Source of the DNA: a virus | Direction: 5' to 3' (one strand) | Length of the DNA: 64,000 bases | IMG/VR virus record: IMGVR_UViG_3300017971_000207 | Location: 1-64,000 of that record | Shown: positions 18,846-28,313 of the stretch, one piece after another | How positions within the stretch are numbered: the stretch's first letter is position 1 | Layout of the letters: each line of letters begins with the position of its first letter | The notes under the pieces: generated by a model | What the model was told of the DNA's origin: nothing | The model's input: the letters and a program-made list of their open reading frames with translations, nothing else | The model's database searches: none | Program-made: the position numbers and the translations under genes

Positions 18846-19610
18846 TTACAGCTCCTTAAGGCTTACGGTCAATGTTGGAGGCTGGGTTACGGTACGGTGT
18901 ACCGCTGGGCTGAACAGATCAAGCTCCGCCTCCACACGAAGACTAAGAGCTAGCCCTATGATCCGGTCAGCGATCTCCGAGTGCTCGTCCAGCACTGAGG
19001 TCCCCTGCATAAAGGTATTGTAGTACCGCGGGTCGCCCAGGCTGTCATGGACCTCCACCTTACCATAGTGCCCGTAGGTTTTCAGGATCTCGTGGAAGAC
19101 GAGCTGAACCTGCCCCCGCTGCCCGATTGCACCCCGATAGTGCGCGACCGCAGAGATCGTATAGGAGATGTCGAAGGGAGTTGCTTGGAAGCCCACCTCC
19201 ATCCGGTCGTGGCCCTCGCGGCCCGAGAACACCGTATCATCTGTGGGCAGCTTAACCTTTAGGGCCTCCCGCGGAGGCGTTACATAGGTCTGCTTCGAGG
19301 GATGCCAGCGCTCCATCGCCTGCGCGATGTCATCACGACGAATAAGCACCATCGGGACCACATAGGACTTGTACTCGTCCTCCGGCCACGAGAAGGTCAC
19401 CAGCACCCCCGGACGGCCGGGAGGTGCGTCCACCCCGTCAACCGTTAGCCAATATCGTTGATCCTGGACGAAAGCCCCCAAGGTCTCCACGATACCCTGG
19501 TCGAAGTCCCGCAGACCCACCGTCCCGGTTTGATCTTCCCCCCACCTCCGGCGCTCGGCCGCCTCACGCTGTGCAGGCGGGAGAGGCTCCTCTAGAACTT
19601 TATCAGCCAC
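18846..19610 (-). CDS. Tail completion/terminator-like protein
   Basis: Synteny between neck and sheath genes; PFDISYTIS and LSLRVEAELD beta-strands. Confidence 0.55.
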   Translation of the reverse strand: MADKVLEEPLPPAQREAAERRRWGEDQTGTVGLRDFDQGIVETLGAFVQDQRYWLTVDGVDAPPGRPGVLVTFSWPEDEYKSYVVPMVLIRRDDIAQAMERWHPSKQTYVTPPREALKVKLPTDDTVFSGREGHDRMEVGFQATPFDISYTISAVAHYRGAIGQRGQVQLVFHEILKTYGHYGKVEVHDSLGDPRYYNTFMQGTSVLDEHSEIADRIIGLALSLRVEAELDLFSPAVHRTVTQPPTLTVSLKEL

Positions 19611-19643
19611 GTGACCTCCTTACCCCACAGCATACCACCTTCC

Positions 19644-20474
19644 TCAAGGTTGCACCTTCACCCCAAGCTTGTCCTGGAAGGCCACCAGCTTAGTAGCCTC
19701 CCCCACCCCAATCGAGCGGGGCGCTGCGTCCGGCCAACCGCGCCATCCCCCGAAGGACGGATCTACCAGAGATCTCCTAAGCACCTCGTTCGATCTCAGA
19801 ATAGCCTTAACCCCCCCACGCTGGAGACTAGCAAGCATGGGGCGCCAGTGCGCCTTGCTGTCACCTCCTCCTAGACCAAACTCTAGACGCGCTGCATCCA
19901 AAGCCGCCGCCGGAAGAGCACGCAATCCCCGCGCCGGTGCTGTGTCGCGCTCCCGACGTATACGACGCTGCCCCGCCTTCCGAAGAAGCGGCTCCCACTC
20001 CGAACGATCCCGACGACGGTTGGCCTCCACCCGGCCCACAACCTTCTTCCCCACCCGTTGCGATATCATCTTAGCGTCGCGTCGGCTAGGGCGGTAGGGT
20101 AGCGTGCTGGCCGTCCACGGGCTAAAACGCTCCAGCACCAGAACCGCATCAGGCGTCCGGCGACTACCGCGACGGGGCCGCACATAAAGCAGCACCTCGA
20201 CTGCATCGACCTTACGCACACGAGCCTCCCGAGGGGAGATGTGGACCGCATAGGCCGCCTCACCGTCCGACAGACCAGAAACCTCTGAGACCTGCAGGCC
20301 CTCCCTATAAGCCTTGTAGGCCGCCTTGGTGGGGATCCGGCCTACAAGGTCCTCATAAGCCCACTGCGCAGCCAGACGCACAAACTGAGCTCGAACCTTC
20401 CGGGTACGGGCTGGCCACATCTTAAGAAGCTTTAGGATCTCCCTGGTACCCTGCGTAGCCTCAACCCTCAGCAT
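19644..20474 (-). CDS. Basic neck/tail-completion region protein
   Basis: Arg-rich; RLEFG...AHWRP motif resembling tail-completion proteins. Confidence 0.45.
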   Translation of the reverse strand: MLRVEATQGTREILKLLKMWPARTRKVRAQFVRLAAQWAYEDLVGRIPTKAAYKAYREGLQVSEVSGLSDGEAAYAVHISPREARVRKVDAVEVLLYVRPRRGSRRTPDAVLVLERFSPWTASTLPYRPSRRDAKMISQRVGKKVVGRVEANRRRDRSEWEPLLRKAGQRRIRRERDTAPARGLRALPAAALDAARLEFGLGGGDSKAHWRPMLASLQRGGVKAILRSNEVLRRSLVDPSFGGWRGWPDAAPRSIGVGEATKLVAFQDKLGVKVQP

Positions 20475-20952
20475 CGTCGCCCTCGTCAGACGGCCTGCCT
20501 AGTATCTCCTCGGGCCTGAACTCGTAACCTAACCGATCTGCCCACTCCTTCTCAGTGCGCAGTATCTCCCCAGCCAACGTGCCCGCAGGCGGCAGCTGAA
20601 ACCCGTTCGTCTTGGGCTTCTCGCGCAGACGACGCCGCATCTCCGAGTCTTGCAGCCACCGAACATGCTCATCGCAGACTCCGATCGTCCGAGACCAGGC
20701 CGAGCTGCGCAGCCTGTTGGTGGCCGCGCCCCCACAGACGAAGCAGAAGCGCTGAAAAGCCTCGGCGGTAAGGATGCCCCGGTAGTCGCTGAAACAGTCG
20801 CCCGAGAGAGGCGAGCCACACGGCCGTGGCGCGAGGCACCGGTCCCCTGGGATACCCCTCTCGCGCGCCTCCCAGTAGCGCTCACAGGACGCGCAGACCG
20901 CCGACAGGCCGCTCGCGCTGGCGGCCTTCATCATCGCGACCGTGATCGGCAT
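20461..20952 (-). CDS. Cys-rich hypothetical protein
   Basis: Several CxxC motifs; overlaps neighbouring starts and stops. Confidence 0.55.
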   Translation of the reverse strand: MPITVAMMKAASASGLSAVCASCERYWEARERGIPGDRCLAPRPCGSPLSGDCFSDYRGILTAEAFQRFCFVCGGAATNRLRSSAWSRTIGVCDEHVRWLQDSEMRRRLREKPKTNGFQLPPAGTLAGEILRTEKEWADRLGYEFRPEEILGRPSDEGDDAEG

Positions 20953-21137
20953 TACGTAGGAGCCTCCACCTCAATGATGGTCTCCCCCTCCGACGATATC
21001 GGCAGGTGAACCTCCTCACCAGGATTGACAGGCTGCTGGGGATCCTCCTCTGTTGCACGGACCCATATCACGCGCTCCCCCTCGTTGCGCAGCCGGCTAC
21101 CGTTGAGCAGGCGGAACCTGTCAAAGTGGATAGGCAT
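20952..21137 (-). CDS. Small hypothetical protein (MPIHFDRF...)
   Basis: GGAGG SD before ATG 21137. Confidence 0.5.
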   Translation of the reverse strand: MPIHFDRFRLLNGSRLRNEGERVIWVRATEEDPQQPVNPGEEVHLPISSEGETIIEVEAPT

Positions 21138-21147
21138 TGAAAACCTC

Positions 21148-21732
21148 CTACGTCTGATTGAATAGGCGCCGCTCCGGCGTGAACTCCGTCCGGCGCTTGA
21201 TGTCACATCGAAACCCTACAAACTCGGCGTTGTCGTTGACGTGGCCATCCTCTACGACCCCGATAATGTCGTAGTAGTAGCCAGCGTTGGGAATGCCGCC
21301 TTCCATCCCCTGTGCGAAGGCGTTGAAGTGCGGGAAGTCCCAGACCCGGACAACATCCCCTTCCTTGGGGGACTCGGGCATATCCGCATCCTCGACGCTC
21401 AGGCGGGCGATCCACACCTGTCCCGTCCAATAGACCCTGTTCCCCTCCTCTCGCACCTCGTAGGTTTGCTCCGGCCAGGTAAGAAAGGCCCTGAGCTCGA
21501 ACGGCCCGTGCCAGTCGCGCTCAATAGGCTCGTTGTAAAGGGGGTCCAGGTTAGCTCCGCTCAGATTCTGGCTCCAATACAGGATGGTGGTCCCCTCGGC
21601 CTCGGTCGACTCCTGCGCCCAGAGGGCGTCCAGCTCCATGTTCTCCTTCTCAAGGCTGAACTCGCCGGCTGGCTTAACATCGCAGCTAGCGTTCGGACGA
21701 TACGGCTCAACCTTGGCGCACTTGTCAACCAT
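21148..21732 (-). CDS. Neck/head-closure protein (gp14-like)
   Basis: DPLYNE and PKEGDVV motifs; follows the adaptor gene. Confidence 0.7.
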   Translation of the reverse strand: MVDKCAKVEPYRPNASCDVKPAGEFSLEKENMELDALWAQESTEAEGTTILYWSQNLSGANLDPLYNEPIERDWHGPFELRAFLTWPEQTYEVREEGNRVYWTGQVWIARLSVEDADMPESPKEGDVVRVWDFPHFNAFAQGMEGGIPNAGYYYDIIGVVEDGHVNDNAEFVGFRCDIKRRTEFTPERRLFNQT

Positions 21733-21757
21733 GGGGACCCCTTCACATCATCGGCAG

Positions 21758-22504
21758 CTACGCCGTCATAAACATCATCGGCATACCCAGCTGAATGATG
21801 TCCTCCTCCAGCTTCTCCATCTCCTCGCGGGCCTCATCCAGCAGCTTGTCCCCATCCAGATTGCGGGAGCCCTGCGCTCCGTTGTAGCTGTCGTACTTCG
21901 ACCGAACGCGTCCGAGGTCCGCTTTAGCGAAGGCCAGCGCGCGGCGCTTTATCAGATCGTGGTCTATCTCCGGCAGCTGGTCGATGGCAAAAACCGAGGT
22001 CTTGAACATGTAGATGACACGCCGAGCATACTGCGGGGTGGGGGAGAAGTAGAGCTGGCGGTTGTACTGCCGCCAATCTAGATCAGCTCCCAGCACCCTC
22101 TTAGCCGTCTCGATGTACTGCAGCGTCTGGACATAGCTAGAGTACAGACCGACACTTTGCGGAGCCGCAAAGACGTCGTAAGGTATCTCCTCATTCATCA
22201 GCAGAAAAGGTGAGAAGATCGTCGTGATGTCCTGAGAGGGGGTCTCAAACGCCACGTCAATAACGAAGTCCACCTCATCCGGGAGCGGGTAGTCGGGCTG
22301 CCCCGAGACGATGTTAATGAGCCCTTGCTTAATCAGCCCCTTCTTCGCGGCAAACCAGCGCTTGGCGCTCGCGATGGCATCATCTAAGTTGCACTGCGTC
22401 AGCTCGACCTTCCACTGGGGAGCACCGAGACGGCGCAGGATCCACTTAGATAGCGCCTCCTCATCCATAAGCTGGGAGCGGAACGCTGGCGAGCTAGCAG
22501 TCAC
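21758..22504 (-). CDS. Neck/head-tail adaptor (gp13-like)
   Basis: ILRRLGAPQWKVELT...LGRVRSKY...LDGDKLLDEAREEMEKLEE. Confidence 0.85.
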   Translation of the reverse strand: MTASSPAFRSQLMDEEALSKWILRRLGAPQWKVELTQCNLDDAIASAKRWFAAKKGLIKQGLINIVSGQPDYPLPDEVDFVIDVAFETPSQDITTIFSPFLLMNEEIPYDVFAAPQSVGLYSSYVQTLQYIETAKRVLGADLDWRQYNRQLYFSPTPQYARRVIYMFKTSVFAIDQLPEIDHDLIKRRALAFAKADLGRVRSKYDSYNGAQGSRNLDGDKLLDEAREEMEKLEEDIIQLGMPMMFMTA

Positions 22505-22513
22505 GGCTCACCT

Positions 22514-22684
22514 CTAGCCCAGCAAAGGGGTGCCGGGAGGAGCTGGAACCTCGGTAAGCAGCCGACAGCCTCGCTGGTCCTGCACCTCGTTAAAACCACA
22601 TTCGGTGCACCGCACCTTCTTCGTCTTACCGTCAGGGCTCAGAGACTCCTGAATTAAGCGCTTACCGCACTTAGGGCACTTCAT
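22514..22684 (-). CDS. 56-aa zinc-ribbon protein (not in ORF track)
   Basis: Hand translation MKCPKCGKRLIQESLSPDGKTKKVRCTECGF...; ATGA overlap with the upstream stop. Confidence 0.7.
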   Translation of the reverse strand: MKCPKCGKRLIQESLSPDGKTKKVRCTECGFNEVQDQRGCRLLTEVPAPPGTPLLG

Positions 22685-23004
22685 GTTTTCTTCCTCCTAC
22701 GTATATCGGCCCGTTTCTTAATCTTATCCGAATACGTCCCGGTGCCCAACGTCCCCGTTACGTTATCCTCCTCCTTCTCCAGTGCTGCCTCCTCTGGCGC
22801 CTCTGTCGAGGCGAGCTTCGGAGAGGCCCCCACAGTCTTAACCGGCGCCCTGTCATTCACCTTGCGCGGCTCGACGATCTCCAACAACGAGGGGTAATAG
22901 ACGAGATACTGCTCCCCCTCCAAGATCCGACCAGGCCCTACCCGACCCACACCGGGAATAAATACTATGTCCAGGTCAGCCCTCTTCTGAAACCTCGGCA
23001 TCAT
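22681..23004 (-). CDS. Hypothetical virion-region protein
   Basis: ORF in operon context with SD. Confidence 0.55.
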   Translation of the reverse strand: MMPRFQKRADLDIVFIPGVGRVGPGRILEGEQYLVYYPSLLEIVEPRKVNDRAPVKTVGASPKLASTEAPEEAALEKEEDNVTGTLGTGTYSDKIKKRADIRRRKKT

Positions 23005-23485
23005 CTACTGTCTCCTTGTCGTCCGTCTCTACCACAACCCCGTCGTCTCCACCCTCCAGCACATCGTCCTCGCTAGCTGCGGGGGCCTCCGCAGGCTCAA
23101 GGGCCTCCGCAGGCTCAGCGACCACGTGGTCGTCTGACTCCTCGGGACCCTCCACCTCTACCTCGACCTCGGTTGGCCCACCATCCTCCGTGAGCGTGCA
23201 ACAGAGCACCTCCGCCGCCTCAATAACCCCCTCGAACGAGTCCCGCAGAAGCTTCAACGCCCCCGCAAGCCGCTCTGCGGCTGCCCTCTGAGCCTCCGTA
23301 GTCCGTAAGGGGGGTAACACCTCCACAGGCTCTGCGGGCTCTTGTGGAGCGTCCTGGACCGCCTGCGGAGCATCGTCCTCCCCAAGCTCCGGCGCCTCCG
23401 CGTCGTCAATGTCCTGCGGAACCATCAAAGGTTCCTCCAGGCCCAGCCCTGCCAGCTCCTGGGCAATCTGCTCTGCCCTGTCCAT
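22976..23485 (-). CDS. Acidic hypothetical protein
   Basis: Very Glu/Asp-rich; GGAGG SD before MDRAEQ. Confidence 0.55.
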   Translation of the reverse strand: MDRAEQIAQELAGLGLEEPLMVPQDIDDAEAPELGEDDAPQAVQDAPQEPAEPVEVLPPLRTTEAQRAAAERLAGALKLLRDSFEGVIEAAEVLCCTLTEDGGPTEVEVEVEGPEESDDHVVAEPAEALEPAEAPAASEDDVLEGGDDGVVVETDDKETVDDAEVSEEG

Positions 23486-23684
23486 ACCGCACCTCCGTCC
23501 AATGAATAACCCCGCCGCACAGCGGCCGTCCACTAAAGCTTATGCTACCCCATAACACGCCAAGCCACCACACCGCGCAAACAGCATGGTGGCTTGAAAG
23601 ACGAGCAACGAGGGCAACGTGCAGCAGGCCACGGGTAGAGCATACCCACGGCACTGCTAAGAGCCTACCTGTTTCCGCAGAGGC

Positions 23685-25193
23685 TTACAGGTTAAGGATA
23701 CGGATGCTCCCGTAGTACTCCGGACGAAGCAGCTTGCTCGCGTAGCGGGTCCGAAGGCCCTTGCGGAAGCTGAAGTCGTTCGGGTCGAGGAAGGTGGGCG
23801 TCACCTGCAACGGGATGTACGGGGCCCAGACAAAGCCGCTGTCCAGGTAGCTGTCACCCTTGAGGCCGACGAGCATCTGGTCAGAGGTAAAGAAGGGATC
23901 CTCGTAGACCCACCATTTATTCATGAGGGTTCCGACCTTATAGATCGAGAACTGCCCATGCTGGGTGAGCGGTCGGGGAAGGTCCTCGGGATCAGTCGGG
24001 CTCATACCGCGCGCCCACAGAGGCCGGAAGTCGCCGTGCGTGGTCAGCTGGGTGAGCAGCGCTGAGATCTCAGGGCTGGTGACAATCCAGTTGGCCGGTG
24101 CGCGGAGGGTCCGCTTGTGGATGAGGTTACTAACCGTACTGATCGTGGTGATGAGCGCCCGCAGGTGGTCCAGCTCACTGATGCCTGCCGGCGGGACGCG
24201 GTCGAAGGTGCCCGTGGTCGTGGTAGCCGACTGGAAGAGCGCCTGGATAATCTCCCTATCGATCTCAAGAGCAATCTCCTGAGCGATAGCCGACACCATC
24301 TCGGTCTCTGCGTCGATACCATGAAATGCCCGCAGGTCCTCAGCAGCCTCGGCGGACCACAGCGCCTTAAGGCGTCGCGGCACAGCCTCCACAGGAGCCT
24401 TTTTCACATCCAGGTTGATCTGCGGGATCTTGGTGTTCAGCTCACCGTCGTAGTAGTAGAACGCCTTGACCTGGTTCCCCGTGGCCGGGATGTTCTGGAA
24501 CTTGAACGCCGTGATAGCGCCGTTCGAGTAGTTGATAGAGCCACCTACCGAGCCACCAGTAGGCACGAAGGTGAAGCCTCCAGCCCCATCATCCGTCGCC
24601 TCCTGGACCGTCGCACCGGTGGTGGCGTTGATCTCACGAATGATTACACTGTAACCCTTCGAGGCATCCAGCGGCCGCACAGGATTGAAGGCCAAGGTGC
24701 AGGTCATGACGGCGCCGCCTCCACCGTAGTTGATGCCGTCACCCGTGACGCAGATCTCGCCGTTGATGTACTCCGAGGAGTAATCACGGTCGAAGTCTCG
24801 GGGGAACACCGCCCCGGCTGTGGTCGCCCCCTTGGTGGTGCCGTACACATAGTCGAGGAAGAAGACTGCCCCGACGGGTGCCGTCATCGGCTGAACAGAG
24901 ACGATCTCGTTGGCAATAAGATTCGGGAATACCCGGCGCAAAACAGGAAAGATAAACTTGGTGAACGACCCGACGTTCACCGTGCGAGTCTCCTCGTTTA
25001 GACCCTTAAGGTAATCCGCCTGGTTCTCCATAAGGATGGCAGTTACCCCGAGCGTGTAACGCTCCTGGTCAGTCCTGTCTGGCATTCCCTCCAGGAACTC
25101 TCGCCACTTCCGGACCAGCGCGCCAACGTACGATTTGTCGGCGATCGTCCGACGAGAATCCTCGCTAAGGATTTGTCGAGCTTCAGTGCCCAT
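23685..25193 (-). CDS. Major capsid protein (T4 gp23-like)
   Basis: VQPMTAPVG, RRLKALWSAEAAEDLRAFHGIDAE, EIDREII, APYIPL and KGLRTRYA motifs. Confidence 0.97.
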   Translation of the reverse strand: MGTEARQILSEDSRRTIADKSYVGALVRKWREFLEGMPDRTDQERYTLGVTAILMENQADYLKGLNEETRTVNVGSFTKFIFPVLRRVFPNLIANEIVSVQPMTAPVGAVFFLDYVYGTTKGATTAGAVFPRDFDRDYSSEYINGEICVTGDGINYGGGGAVMTCTLAFNPVRPLDASKGYSVIIREINATTGATVQEATDDGAGGFTFVPTGGSVGGSINYSNGAITAFKFQNIPATGNQVKAFYYYDGELNTKIPQINLDVKKAPVEAVPRRLKALWSAEAAEDLRAFHGIDAETEMVSAIAQEIALEIDREIIQALFQSATTTTGTFDRVPPAGISELDHLRALITTISTVSNLIHKRTLRAPANWIVTSPEISALLTQLTTHGDFRPLWARGMSPTDPEDLPRPLTQHGQFSIYKVGTLMNKWWVYEDPFFTSDQMLVGLKGDSYLDSGFVWAPYIPLQVTPTFLDPNDFSFRKGLRTRYASKLLRPEYYGSIRILNL

Positions 25194-25241
25194 GTGTTAT
25201 CTCTCCTTGATTGTTCTCTCGTTACTCGCTTGTTAACGCGC

Positions 25242-26858
25242 CTACCCAGTCCGTCGCGCGCCGCCCATGCCCGACAGCGCCCGCAAGGTGCTTAGGTTCA
25301 CACCCAGACCGTTGTAGTCATCCTCAGTCCGCCTCTTGCGGCGCGGCGCCTCCTCCTCTAACGGAGTGCTACCGCGGCCGCCTTCTGTCAGCCGTCGAAC
25401 ACGTGCCCTCACGTCCTCAAGATCGTGCGTGTCCTTGGCCGGGGCGTCCTGGCCGTGCTCCTCGATAATGTCGTCCACCTCCTCCTTGGAGGTTGCCTTG
25501 GACGCCTCGATGAGCCTCCTAATCTGCTTCTTGTGGGGGTGGCCTTCGGTTCGCTGCTCAGCGTACAGCTGCACCCCCAAAAGGCTGTTGGCCTCCAGAG
25601 CCTTCTCCAACGCCTCGGTGAGCTTGTCGATATCCGAGGTTAGCTCCTTCTCGATACGCTCGGCCCGTTGGCGCTCCGTCGCAGCAACAGCTTCAATCTC
25701 TGCCTGCCGCTTCCGCAGCTCCTCCTTCCGAGCCTCCTCAGCAGCCTCTCGCGCCGCCATCTCATCCAGGATAGCGCCCAGCTTGGCCTTGAGGTCCTCC
25801 GCCGCCTCGTACTGAGTAAGATCGCCTAGCAGCTTCAGAATAGCCTGCTTGTCTGGATTGCCCGACAGAGAGCGCTCCAGATAGAACTTGTAGCCGGCCT
25901 CCTTGGCCAGCTTTGCCAGGCGCTCTACCTGTCGCTCGCTCTCCTGAAGCTTTGCCTCGGTCTCCCGAAGCTTCAGCTCCAACGCGGCTGCGCGCTCATC
26001 TGGTGTAGGCACCGTAATAAACGGCTGAATGACCGACACAATCTGCTCAAGCGCCGAGCGTGCCCCAGCAACAGCTGGATCGGCCTCCAGCTCAGCACGA
26101 ATACGCTCCCTAGCGGCGGCCGACATCTCCCCTAGATTCGAGATAATGTCCTGCTCAAAGCGCTTCTTCAGCTCGCGCTCATCCTCATCCGCCTGGGCCT
26201 CCTGCCTCACCCGCTCAGCAAAGCGCTTGGCCTTCTCGCGGTCCTCCGCTTGCTGGATCTCTTTTCTGCTCCTCAGCTCTTTATCCACGTCCTCACCAAC
26301 CACCTTCGGATATGCCGACGTATCTGCAGGCTCCGCCACAAAGTCGAACGTCACGAGATTATAGTCCTCTTGAACTATCTCCTCACCCTTTTGATTCGTC
26401 TTAGTTGATCCGTAGCCTCGCGAGGACACCCCAACCTGGCAGCCTGAGCGCAGCAACGCCTGCAGGTCCTTCCCGCGCCCGGTGTCCAAGGCCATCGCCT
26501 CACCAATCACCTTGCCGTTGGAGTCGATCGAAAGCGAGGTAATGATATGAGAGGTCCGCGAGAGGCTGGTGCGCCCATCGGTGGGGTGGTCCAGCTCCCC
26601 ATACAGACGCCGCTCATCCATAGCCGAGGCAAGCTTCTTGATCTCACGCTCCCAGAGGGTCTTAGGGTAGACGCGCTTATTCTCCGTAGCCGCGCCACTC
26701 CGTGCAAACTCCCCTCGGACAACAACCTGACCGCCCGCCGAGCCGTCCTCAATCAGCTGTAGTCGGATCGGTAGGGTATCCTTTAACCACTGCTGGCCGG
26801 GACCTAGCTTGACGGTGTCCTCCGATAGCTGCCCAGTATTCATCAATGCACCTTCCAC
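25242..26858 (-). CDS. Prohead protease (T4 gp21-like) fused to coiled-coil scaffold
   Basis: NKRVYP, GELDHP, GVSSRGYGS and TFDFVAEPA protease motifs, then about 350 aa of E/K/R/A coiled coil. Confidence 0.92.
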   Translation of the reverse strand: MEGALMNTGQLSEDTVKLGPGQQWLKDTLPIRLQLIEDGSAGGQVVVRGEFARSGAATENKRVYPKTLWEREIKKLASAMDERRLYGELDHPTDGRTSLSRTSHIITSLSIDSNGKVIGEAMALDTGRGKDLQALLRSGCQVGVSSRGYGSTKTNQKGEEIVQEDYNLVTFDFVAEPADTSAYPKVVGEDVDKELRSRKEIQQAEDREKAKRFAERVRQEAQADEDERELKKRFEQDIISNLGEMSAAARERIRAELEADPAVAGARSALEQIVSVIQPFITVPTPDERAAALELKLRETEAKLQESERQVERLAKLAKEAGYKFYLERSLSGNPDKQAILKLLGDLTQYEAAEDLKAKLGAILDEMAAREAAEEARKEELRKRQAEIEAVAATERQRAERIEKELTSDIDKLTEALEKALEANSLLGVQLYAEQRTEGHPHKKQIRRLIEASKATSKEEVDDIIEEHGQDAPAKDTHDLEDVRARVRRLTEGGRGSTPLEEEAPRRKRRTEDDYNGLGVNLSTLRALSGMGGARRTG

Positions 26859-27025
26859 CTAAACTTACCCTTAAAGGGAGTTGCCCATATCTCTGAGGGG
26901 AACCTCTTCTTCCTGACCTTGCGTTTCTTCCTCTTGTTGGGTGGGTTCTTTACATCCTTCTCAAAGCCTACCAGCTCTAGCCGTCCAGATCGATAGGCAG
27001 TGCGACGATGACGCCACGCCTCCAT
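26843..27025 (-). CDS. Small basic hypothetical protein
   Basis: 60-aa Lys/Arg-rich ORF. Confidence 0.4.
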   Translation of the reverse strand: MEAWRHRRTAYRSGRLELVGFEKDVKNPPNKRKKRKVRKKRFPSEIWATPFKGKFRWKVH

Positions 27026-27042
27026 CTGGGCCGCTAGCCGCC

Positions 27043-27807
27043 CTAGCTCTTCCTCCCACGCCGACGGAGAGCACTTAGCGGCCTCTGAGCTTTTCCCGAC
27101 TTGCGCCTCTCGGCCACACGTTGCCGCACCGCCTCCAGACGCTCCTGGGCGCGCAAAACTCCCTCGTCTACCTCCAGCCCCTCGACCTCAAACTCGTCGT
27201 CGTCCTCATCGTCCATCTCCCCAAGCTCGTCCTCATCATCGTCGAACTCGGTCACGGGAGCTTTCATCTCGACGTCTAGCTCGTCGTCGTCCTCATCGTC
27301 CATCTCCTCCAGCTCCACGCCGGTTATATCGCTATAGAGCTGCAGCGCATCCAGGAGGTCCGACATGTAGCTTTCAAAGGTGCGCTTCACCTTGCGCTCA
27401 GGCACCGGGCCGCGGTTCTTCTCCAGCCAGAGCGTCCGATCAGCAGCCTTCTCGGCAAGCTGCTCCATCAGGTGGCCCGCCTCCACCAGCGTGTCCTCGT
27501 CGAGCGTGGCCCCCATCTGCGCAAAACGCTCGGACAGGGTGGACGCGATCACAGCCACGTTGGCAAAGCCCTTGATACGCTCCCGCTCGGCCGGAGGCCG
27601 CACCTTGTCGACAACGTCTGCGACATCCTCCAACAGACGGCTGGCACGACGCTCTACCGAAGGCGTAGTAGGCCGCTGCCCGCGCTTGCGGCGCAGCGCC
27701 CCAGACCTCTCCGGCGATGCGTCCTCGACGCAAACCTCCTCCTTTCGGATAAGGCCAATCGCCTGCAGGTCCTCCTCCAACGATGTAATCACTACTGGCT
27801 TTCGCAT
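27043..27807 (-). CDS. Prohead core/scaffold-like protein, paralog A
   Basis: Real start MRKPVVITSLEEDLQ after a GAGG SD; acidic tract. Confidence 0.6.
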   Translation of the reverse strand: MRKPVVITSLEEDLQAIGLIRKEEVCVEDASPERSGALRRKRGQRPTTPSVERRASRLLEDVADVVDKVRPPAERERIKGFANVAVIASTLSERFAQMGATLDEDTLVEAGHLMEQLAEKAADRTLWLEKNRGPVPERKVKRTFESYMSDLLDALQLYSDITGVELEEMDDEDDDELDVEMKAPVTEFDDDEDELGEMDDEDDDEFEVEGLEVDEGVLRAQERLEAVRQRVAERRKSGKAQRPLSALRRRGRKS

Positions 27808-27841
27808 GATCCTACCTCTCCTACAAGCCCCTAGCCCTACT

Positions 27842-28300
27842 CTAGTCCTCGTCCCAATCCACCCCACCAACATCACCCGCATCTGGCCCGGCGGTGATGT
27901 CGTTGTATAGCTGCAGCGCGTCGAGAAGCTTGGCCATGAACATCTTGAATAGCTGGTTGATCTCCTCGTCGTCCGTCGGTCCCTGCTCCTGCAACGATAG
28001 CGCCTGCGTAGACGCCTCATCAGCCAGGTCCTCTAGAACAGCGCTAACCTGGCATAGCGCCTCCTCACCAAGCTCGCGGCAAAAACCTCCGAAACGCTCG
28101 GATAGAGTGCCCGCGATCACAGCCACGTTGGCGAAGCCCTTAACCACCTCATCATCCCGACTAAGCGACTTGCCCATTGCGTCAGGGTAGCTACTCTCCC
28201 CCAAAACCTCTCGCGCCTCCACCTTCGGGTCCTTCCGCGGCAGAAGACCGATAATCTGGAGGTCCTCCTCAAGCGAGGTGATTACAACTGGTTTTCTCAT
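27842..28300 (-). CDS. Prohead core/scaffold-like protein, paralog B
   Basis: Shares MRKPVVITSLEEDLQ, KGFANVAVIA and LLDALQLY blocks with paralog A. Confidence 0.6.
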   Translation of the reverse strand: MRKPVVITSLEEDLQIIGLLPRKDPKVEAREVLGESSYPDAMGKSLSRDDEVVKGFANVAVIAGTLSERFGGFCRELGEEALCQVSAVLEDLADEASTQALSLQEQGPTDDEEINQLFKMFMAKLLDALQLYNDITAGPDAGDVGGVDWDED

Positions 28301-28313
28301 GAGCTGTACTCTC

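Noticed and set aside
27808-28020. Track-predicted N-terminal extensions (27043..28020, 58090..59148, 60388..61098, 33873..34277)
   Set aside because: They overlap real upstream genes; better SD-supported internal starts exist.
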